From: Octopus vulgaris
Lineage: Eukaryota
Assembly: GCA_951406725.2 (NCBI GenBank)
Contig: OX597823.1
Span: 38,212,001-38,274,000, forward strand
Direction: 5' to 3'
DNA length: 62,000 bases
Position numbers and translations under genes: made by a program. A model generated the notes under the pieces. That model was given only the letters and a program-made list of their open reading frames with translations. It did no database searches and was not told the DNA's origin. Below are positions 53,400 through 62,000 of this stretch, in pieces (within the stretch, counting starts at the first letter, position 1; the number at the start of each line of letters is the position of its first letter).

Positions 53400-54175
53400 T
53401 ATTATTATTATTTTCATATACACTCAACAGATTAGACTGTTGGAAAAGAAAAAATCCTAACACCAGGCTACAAGTAACCTAAGCACCTGATCTATTCGGA
53501 TTAGGAAATTCCATAAGATTTTGCAGGTCTCTGATTTTACCACTCCCTGTGGTTTGTGCTCAAACCACGTCTTGCCTACTTCTAGACCACACTTTTCACA
53601 CAGTTTCCAATGTAACACTTTCATTACTTTATTGTGTCACCTCAACTTGTACTAGTTTGGGCAAGCTGAGGGCATTCATTCATGATATGGGCAATGGTTT
53701 CATCAACTCTGGTGCAGTGGAAACACTTGCTCATTTCTAAGGTTGACCATCTAATTAGTGGCCAAAGCTTGATCTTGTACTACCAGTACTGTGCTCTCAG
53801 TTTCTTTTATCAGTGCTCATTTCTTTAGCCAGTCCCACCTATGTTTTCCAGCAGCTACATGGGATTGATTGTTTAGTCCCTTGTTGCATAGTGCTACTTC
53901 ATGTCCTTCTTGTACTTCTCGTTTTGTTCTTTTCTTTTTCCCTGATTTCAATCAGCCCTTATTTTTAACTGACCCTAGCAAGGTTTCCTCACATTGGGAT
54001 AGATACTTCAGCAGGTTCCTCTCTTCATGTATAGACTATATCTGTGCCTGCACATGGATGATGGGCTCCATGCATCGTTAGGCACTTTCTTGTCTTCCCA
54101 TCCTACTCTTTTAGTTCATCCTCCATCCACTTCCGAATTCCAGCCCCATACTGAACCACTTCAGCTGCATGCAAG
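53400..54175 (-). mobile_element. R4-like LINE fragment, family X, second copy
   Basis: KTRKCLTMHGAHHP...WDWLK...KETESTVL.VQDQALATN...DETIAHIMNECPQLAQ; 3' UTR matches ~50275-50350. Confidence 0.75.
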
Positions 54176-54259
54176 TTTATTGTCAAAATTATGATTTTGT
54201 CATTCAACTTTGAATTCAAAATTTTTCTCAATTGTTGATACTCGTCTTTTCTTTCCTTT

Positions 54260-54745
54260 CATATTATTATTATCATTCTATGTTTGACTTTTGCTTTATG
54301 TCTGTACAAGTTGGCTCCAAGTCTCACCCAGAGACCTCAAGAGACAACAGGTTGGAAGTTCTGTGCCATATATTTGGGTTTTTTTTTTTTTTTGGTGTTG
54401 TACTAGTGAATGTCTAATACATAAAAATAAAATTAAAAAAAAAAAAAAATAAATAAATAAAAAAGTTCGTTTTAAACCTTGGGATTACATAGAGAGTATT
54501 TTGCGTAGGATATGAGCAGTTCCCATGAGCACTATCTTTTGAATTTCTGCCATTTTGGGGTTTCCTGGTATCTGAGTTAGGTAGCAATCAGTCCCTTTTC
54601 GCTATCATTCCCAGGGCACCTATGACAACAGGTATTGTTTTAGTCTTCAGCTTTCACATTTTGCTGATTTCTATTTCAAGATCTTTATATTTGCTCAGTT
54701 TTTGGTAGGTCTTGACAGATACGTTTATATCGATTGGGACAGTCA
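54260..54745 (-). mobile_element. R4-like LINE 3' fragment, family Z
   Basis: MTVPIDINVSVKTYQKLSKYKDLEIEISKMWKLKTKTIPVVIGALGMIAKG. Confidence 0.85.
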
Positions 54746-54779
54746 TTATTAATATTATTATTATTATTATTATTATTAT

Positions 54780-55300
54780 ATGAAGACTCACAGCTTATTT
54801 TGCTGGGTATGGTGGACAGTGTCAGCTGTCCACAGCCAGCAGACTAAGGTGACATTTGTTTACTGGTCATGCTTCAAGAACACTGCAGAGAATTCTTCCA
54901 TTTCTAAGCAATGCTGATTTTTGTAGGTGTTCTACCTTCACACTTGCACCAATCTTTTTTCAGCCATGTTGGTAGTTGAGTGCTGATACTTCCAAGTGCA
55001 CCAACTACTATTGATACCACATCTACTCTTTTCATTGATCCCAACCTTCATATTTCCCACTTCAAATTGTCATAGTTGTTTTATTTTTTTCTTCTTGTTT
55101 CACATTGATCCTGTTGTCACCAGGGTGTGCTATGTTGATTATCATACATGTTCTTTCTTTTTTATTCACCACAACAATGTCTGGTCAGATAATTGCACTG
55201 GGTCATTGCATCCCACAGGATTTTGCAATTTTCATTTTCAGTTACTCCTTTTGGATTTTGCTCATACCACGCCTTTGCTCTTTGTAGGCTGTGATTTCCA
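54780..55300 (-). mobile_element. R4-like LINE 3' fragment, family Y, second copy
   Basis: Direct repeat of ~51020-51520 (gtgtcagctgtccacagccagcagactaaggtgacatttgtttactggtcatgct...). Confidence 0.8.
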
Positions 55301-55410
55301 CAGAGCTCCCAATGGAGCCATCATCATTGTTATTATCATTGCAGTAATGGAATATGAAGAACAAGCTATAACAAAATCATTCTGCATGCAACTGGATACA
55401 TGTGGGATAC

Positions 55411-55468
55411 CTAGGACTGGTCCTTGATGCAACACCAAAATATCTGGTTTAAGCAAATCAGATCTCAG
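55411..55468 (-). CDS. Candidate exon E (phase 0 to 1)
   Basis: CTAAT branch-like site, ttttgtctcattttctgtctaAG acceptor, CTAG|GTATCC donor; LRSDLLKPDILVLHQGPVL. Confidence 0.35.
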
Positions 55469-56554
55469 CTTAGACAGAAAATGAGACAAAATGATTATTA
55501 GATTAATTAATTTTCACCAAAATTGGTTGAATGGGAGTGATTGTGGATATGTAGCATGAGCTATCCCAGCAGCAAAATACCAGCCAACCAGCCTGTTAGC
55601 CAACCAACCAACCAACCAACCAACCAACAAACAAACAAACCAGTAGTTAGCTAAAAACTACTTTAGTGATATATTTCTGCTTTCGTTAGATGGCTGATTG
55701 CCATACTTTTTTTTCCAGAAAATATCAGAACTGATTGGAATGTTTGTCTTTTTGTATCTTATGAAGGGTTAGTTGGCTATGGTGTTAAGGTCTAGTTCTA
55801 TATTCCTAACATCAATTATATTTTTAGACTGGTCTGGTTGTTGATGTCTAGGAATGTGTTGAGGATATGACATTTTTAAAGATCCCTGATTATCAATAGG
55901 CATGGCTACTACATCTGAGGCACTTCTTTCTTTGTTTGAACTGCAGATGGGGCTAGGTCCATAGGTGAGGCACCAAATAGCTGATGTGTCCTCAACTATT
56001 CTTAGCCCCAACCCTATTTACATGCATTTGCGTAACCCCACATCATATTACATCATTTCATATTGTATCATATAGAATTATCCTCAATCTGTTTGTAAAC
56101 CTTTAGTGGTTAAAGAAATCGTCATTCTCATCATCGTCATCATCATCATCATCATCATCATTATAAGGCAGCGAGCTGGCAAAATCATTAGCACACTGAG
56201 CAAAATGCTTGGTGGCGTTTCATCCATCTTCATGTTCTGAGTTCAAACTCTGCTAAAATTGACTTTGTCTGTCATCCTTTCAAGGTTAATAAAATAAATG
56301 TCAGTTGAACGCTGGGGAGAAGAGATGGTGAGGTGGCAGAATTGTAGCACACCAGACAAAATGCTTTGTAACATTTCATCCATCTTTAAATTCTAAGTTC
56401 AAATTCCACCATGGTCTTTCATCCTTTTGGGGTCAATAAAATAAGTACCAATCGAGTACTGGGGTTGATGTAATTGACTTATCTCCTCCCCCAAAGTTGC
56501 TGGTCTTATGTCAAAACTTGAAACCACTATTATTATTATTATTATTATTATTAT

Positions 56555-57650
56555 AATGTTTGGATTTTGCTTTGTGGTTTGTACAAATTGAGTTCAAGTC
56601 TCACCCAGAGACCTTAAGAGACAGTATATTATAAGTTCAAGTGGGCATAATGATTAGGTTGTTGATAGCTGTCATGTTTTGGGGAAGAATGTTGTTTGGT
56701 GAGAGGGATGTGTTTTAATTGTGTACGTTGGGTTCATAAGAATTATTGCTTTCAAAAAATGTTTTTGATGACAAGTGAAAAAGGTTGTTTTGTTGTTTTG
56801 GAATTATATAGACAGTATTTTTTTTGTTTTTTTGTAGGATATGAGCAATTCCTGTGAGTTCTTTCTTTTTAATTTCTTTCATTTTTGGATTCCCTAGGAT
56901 TTGAAACAGGTAACATACTCAACCCCTTTTGTGAATATTCCTAAGGCACTTACAACCTTGGGTATTGTTCTAATCTTGAGTTTCCACATTTTATCAAATT
57001 CTATTTTAAGATCTTTGTACTTGCTCAATTTTTGGTTAGTTTTGACAGATACATTTATATCAGCTGGGACAGTCATATCGATGAGGAGGCATGATTTTCA
57101 TCTGAAATCTTTGAGCATAATGTCTAGCCTATTTGTATCTATTTTTCTGTCAGTTTGAACAAAAAAAAAAATTCCATTGGAGTAAGGTATGATCTTTTTT
57201 CAAGCACTGGAAGTGGTTTGCGCTTCCACCAGTTTCTATAATGGAACAAATCTAGATTCTTGTATATTACCCAGTTAATATACTGTGCAGCTCTGTCATG
57301 CTCGTTGAGATACTCTAAGGATCCAAGAGGGCTAGAAATAGAAACAATGTGATCAATGGTTCCTGACTGTTTTTTACACTCTTAACATGAGCTGCTGCTG
57401 TTCTGTAAGATGTTGGTCTGACAGAATTTTCATTTCTTTCTTTAATTGTTATTGATCAGTATGAACGGGCTATCCCTAAGACCATTGTAAACACTCCAAG
57501 ACCAGTGAGATCAATGAAGTTAATGTTCTCAGCTGTTACACTCATTTAAAACATTTCTCCATATTTAATTAATTCCCAAAGTAAGAAGCACGAATGTTAT
57601 AATCCATCATTTCTGCCTAAACCTATGTAAAAAGATCACCATGATTGGGT
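56555..57650 (-). mobile_element. R4-like LINE fragment, family Z, longer copy
   Basis: SQETIDHIVS...HDRAAQYINW...VQTDRKIDTNRLDIMLKDF...LLIDMTVPADINVSVKT...KYKDLKIE; (TAA)n at 56525-55. Confidence 0.85.
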
Positions 57651-57657
57651 ATGAGGT

Positions 57658-57705
<48 letters not shown>

Positions 57706-58486
57706 CAGTAGTAGTAGTAATTCTTTGGCAAAACAAGATCATGGCCCACTTTCAGTAGCCTAGTTTTATCTTGGGGGTTAGGAAAAACTATTAATATTCG
57801 AATTTCTCCTTTTCTATGTCTGTAATTAATATAAAAGTAAAACAAAAAAACCATCCTCATTATTGTTAGTCATGCTTTATATCACCCACCTTCACAGAAT
57901 ATAATGATGTATTTTCCAAACATTACATAACATTAGGGAGTTATTTTGACAACTGCAGTTAGCTTAAAAAAAGAAAAGAAAAGCTTCATATAATGGTATA
58001 TATATTTAATACACAAAAACGTAGCAGGCAGGTTACCAACTTGTTGCCAAGGTGTAGGAAGAAAGAGCAGTAACTGTGTTAGTTGCTCAGCCTAAGAGTA
58101 CACAAATGATAAAGTATGATCTAATATGTCCCTAAATACATTTCACTACCATCTGTTTTATTATTGTTCATGTTTATTCTGAAAGTGCCTAATTCTGTTT
58201 CCCCTCTTTAAAGTATTTTCAGGGCATATTTATTACACACTATATAGTTTAGCTACCAGAGGCTAAGGTTACTTTAAGCTTTCTTCTTGTGCTAGAAACT
58301 CTGTATTCTTTCTTCTTCTAAACTGTTTCTGATAGCTATTATAATAGATATGTAGAGTAAGTATTAAAAGGATTTCCTGACGCAGTTGATTGTATGAAAA
58401 ATCTACCCTAGCACTTATGTTATGTCTATCAAAATTATGATATTTAATACAGGAAAAGTCAACTGACTCGGTTGTTATTCAGTAAC

Positions 58487-58571
58487 AGCTAGGTATGGAT
58501 CAGAGGTGAGGAGCCTTTCTAATGCCTGGGGCAAACTGAAAGTGCTGAAGTACCCATAGGGTTGTTTGTAC
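58487..58571 (-). CDS. Candidate exon H (phase 2 to 0)
   Basis: ttattttctcaaaacAG acceptor; donor GCT|GTTACT is weak; (W)YKQPYGYFSTFSLPQALERLLTSDPYLA. Confidence 0.35.
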
Positions 58572-58919
58572 CTGTTTTGAGAAAATAATGAATCTAATTT
58601 TATAAATTCATAGGTATGGCATTGGTAGTCAATTACTTGCTCCTAAGGTTTAAGCTGTTCCTTGTAGATTTTTAGAGATATTGTTTGTATTTGTATATCA
58701 TTTTAAATTTAAATACAGGCAAAATTTCACTGGCAGTTAATGGTGGTGGTGGGGAACCTCTTGTCCAAATGATTAGTTATTGCTGATATTTTCCTGAATT
58801 ACACTGTGTATCACGATTTTTATCCTTGGGTAGCAACTGTTCCCTAGAAAGCATAAGAATGGCTAATATTTCCTTCAAACTTTGCTTTTGTTACATTTAT
58901 TCAAGCCTTAAAGAGTCCC

Positions 58920-59280
58920 TCTCAATACATGGCTATGAAGTTCCCCACAACTCTTGCTCATCGTCAGAGATGTACATATTATCAGCCTCTAAGGGACATG
59001 TTCAAATGGTTAAAGTTAAGCAACTCTGTGGTATAGAGCAGAATATTTGCTATAACTACACTTCTGTTTCAGCAACTCAACACTGAATCTGTCTGAAATG
59101 TAATGGAGACTAGGTCAGTTTCAAAACATTTACGTCCAGATCACAAAAGCAAAGTTTGAAGGGAATAGTAATCATTTCCTTTGATTTCTAGATAGAAGAA
59201 ATAGGAAATAGCACTTACTGACCAAAGACAAAAGATAAATAAATAAATAAATAAATAAATGTTTTGTTACACAGTGTTAT
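58920..59280. mobile_element. Interspersed repeat family C (SINE-like)
   Basis: caacacatggctat...gagatgtacat...gggacatgttcaa.tggttaaggtcaa; similar copies at ~4570-4930, ~49960-50260, ~61390-61660. Confidence 0.75.
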
Positions 59281-59650
59281 TGAAGTATAAATTTTTCTTT
59301 TTACTTCACCCTCTCCCATGTTCTCAAGTGCACAAATTTAAATCCATGCAAAGTAAAAAATAAATAAAAAACGCAAATTTAAAAATATATGAGATTACAA
59401 GCAAAAGAAAATCTTTATTGGCTACAGAAGAGATTTAAATGAAATTCTTGAAACTGTTAGAGTGAGTTAGATACGTTTTAGCCATTATTTGGTCTAGGCC
59501 ATGTGTAAATTAATAGAACCACTTGGGATAATCTTTTAAATTATGTTTTAGGAAACCACAGTCCTTTCAAGTGAAGTGATGTTATTTACTGAGATGTATC
59601 CAGGCATTGGTGGTTTATCTGGTATTTCTTAGAGGATTTTGTCGAGTTAC

Positions 59651-59831
59651 CATTTAAATGTTATGGAGTTTCTTTCTCCTTTGATTTCTTTCGGAATAAT
59701 ATTGAATAAGCAGGACCAGTCAAAGTCAAAAAGTTGTATCACAATGTTGTTATGTAATGTAAACTCAATTTTGCTGAGGGTGTGTGGCTCTGGGGTTAAG
59801 TCTTGGGTAATTTGTGAGGTGGATACCAGCA
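59651..59831 (-). CDS. Candidate internal exon I of an unidentified gene (phase 1 to 2)
   Basis: aaacAG acceptor (weak), AATG|GTAACT donor; open frame LVSTSQITQDLTPEPHTLSKIEFTLHNNIVIQLFDFDWSCLFNIIPKEIKGERNSITFK. Confidence 0.4.
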
Positions 59832-61297
59832 CTGTTTATATATTACTGATGAATATTTTCCACACTGAAAACATTATGTAGCAACTTTAGTTGCATTGCA
59901 GAGAATAAAATTTGAGCTTTCTGAAGTGATTCCAATAGGCAAAGCCTGTCATGCAATTTACTATTTTTCTTTTTCTTTTCCTTTGTGATTAGTCTCTGGG
60001 GGTGTTTCAATTCTTAGCATTCCAAGAAGAGTATCTGTGGAATAATTTCATTCTAGCATTGTTCTTATAAAAACAGAAAAGAGAGAGACAGAGATTGCCC
60101 TAGGAAAAGTTAATTTATTAGAAATGCTTACATTTTTCCAGTGAAATGTGCCATCTAAATGAAGCATATCACAGCTGAAGACTATTTACTTCTCCGTTTA
60201 TACAAATTATCAGTTTGGATGATAACAGTTCCACATAAAAATAAAAAAGAAGCCATTATTGTGCATGCTGTTAAATTTACAAGATTGAGAGTCAAGGTTG
60301 ATATGAATTAAAATGGATTGACTAACATGAATATTTTTGTTACATGGCTTTTAATTAGACAATCAGTAAATGTGCAGCTTCACTGATTGCTAACAAGACA
60401 ACTGACAAAGTAATCACTATAAAGTATATTATATTATTTAAATCATAGATTTTATTTTCTGTGGTTTAAAAAAAATAAAATGCTAAAATTATATGAAAAA
60501 ATTAGAATATAATACTTGTTAGAATCACAAGCAAATATTATCTTCAATTAATTGCTTTTTTTCAAAAAATTAAGTCTTCTTTTATCATGATAATATCTGT
60601 CTGTCTCTCTGTGTATATCTAAATATTTATCTTCCTAGTATGCTAGCATTTTTATGTGTGTTGCTAGACATACACTTACATATTACTTTCTGCTTGTCTC
60701 TCAATTTATCTCTATCTATATTTCTCCCTTTCACACACACACTCTCACACACTTACACTCACACACACAATCTCACCTTCATAGTTTTAACAATCACTTT
60801 TCCATGCTTGCATGGATCAGACAGAGTTTAATGAGGCAGGTTTTCTATGGAGGGATGCTCTTCCTGTCACCAACCTTCATCTGTTACCCAATAAGGTAAT
60901 ATTTCCCCAGGGCCAGACAAGTTTTTGCAGAATTATTAGAATGTCAGAAGAATTGCTTTGTGCTTCAGCTCTTTCCTTTCTGATTTCAATTCTCACAGGT
61001 GCTGTCTTTGCCTTTCATTCCTCTGAGGGCAATAAATAATGTACAGGGGCTGAAAGTAGACTACCCACTCGTTTAAAAAGTTCATATCTTGTGCCTCAAT
61101 GTAAAATCATTATTATGCTGGCAGAATTGTCAGCACACCAGGCAAAATGTTTTGTGGCATTTCATCTGTTTTTACATTTCACCGAGGTGAACTTTGCCTT
61201 TCATCCTTTTGGGGGTTGATAAAATTAGTACCAATTGTTTACTGGGGAGTTTATCCACTCCCCATAAATTTCAGGCTTTGTGCCTATCATAGAAAGG

Positions 61298-61345
<48 letters not shown>

Positions 61346-61667
61346 TACTTTTAATCTGCATGTTTGTTACAATCACTCACCGAGACAGAGGTGAATAATT
61401 CAAGCCCCAAAGAATTTCTCTCAACACATGGCTATGATGCTGCCCCACTACTTCTGCTTGTGATCAAAGATGTAAATTTTATCAGCCACCGAGGGACATG
61501 TTCAACTGGTTAAGGTCAAACAACTGACAAGCAAATCTGTGGTTCTGAGCTGAATATTTACTGTAGCCCATCTTTTATATCAAGACAAAACAATGTACAT
61601 GATAACATTTCCAATCAGTTAAGATCAGAAGCCATGATAGCCACTGCCTGGTACTGCATCAGGGTAT

Positions 61668-61787
<120 letters not shown>

Positions 61788-62000
61788 TCTTATCTTTCCA
61801 CTCAGTGTAGGTGTTAATTGAACACAAGTATCAGTAATGGTAAAAGCAATCAAGAACAGTTTAGCTCCTGAATAGGGAATCATCCATCCTCCATGCTAGC
61901 TTGGGTTGGATGACATGGCAAAATCTGATCAGTCAGAGGACCTTGTTACACTTCACAGTTTGTGTTAGTATGGTTTCTGTGACTTGATGCCTTTCCTAAT

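Overview
AT-rich eukaryotic DNA dominated by microsatellites, tRNA-derived SINEs, decayed LINEs (RTE, CR1-group, R4-like), Tc1/mariner remnants and Penelope-like element (PLE) fragments. The repeat landscape looks like a cephalopod (octopus-type) genome; this is inferred from repeat character, not from a database search. Nearly all ORFs in the supplied track are translated microsatellites or transposon debris. The strongest result is a set of type I hammerhead ribozyme (HHR) motifs with palindromic stem III. One is structurally intact and occurs twice in a near-perfect 330-bp inverted repeat (20551-21490). About five other sequence families are decayed or variant, several sit inside foldbacks, and one forms the tail of a tRNA-headed SINE. 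Also seen: a same-strand pile-up of R4-like LINE 3' ends at (TAA)n tracts (50.3-57.7 kb), a probable solo LTR, and a chain of phase-compatible candidate exons of an unidentified minus-strand gene (low confidence). Coordinates of decayed repeats are approximate and identities were judged by eye.
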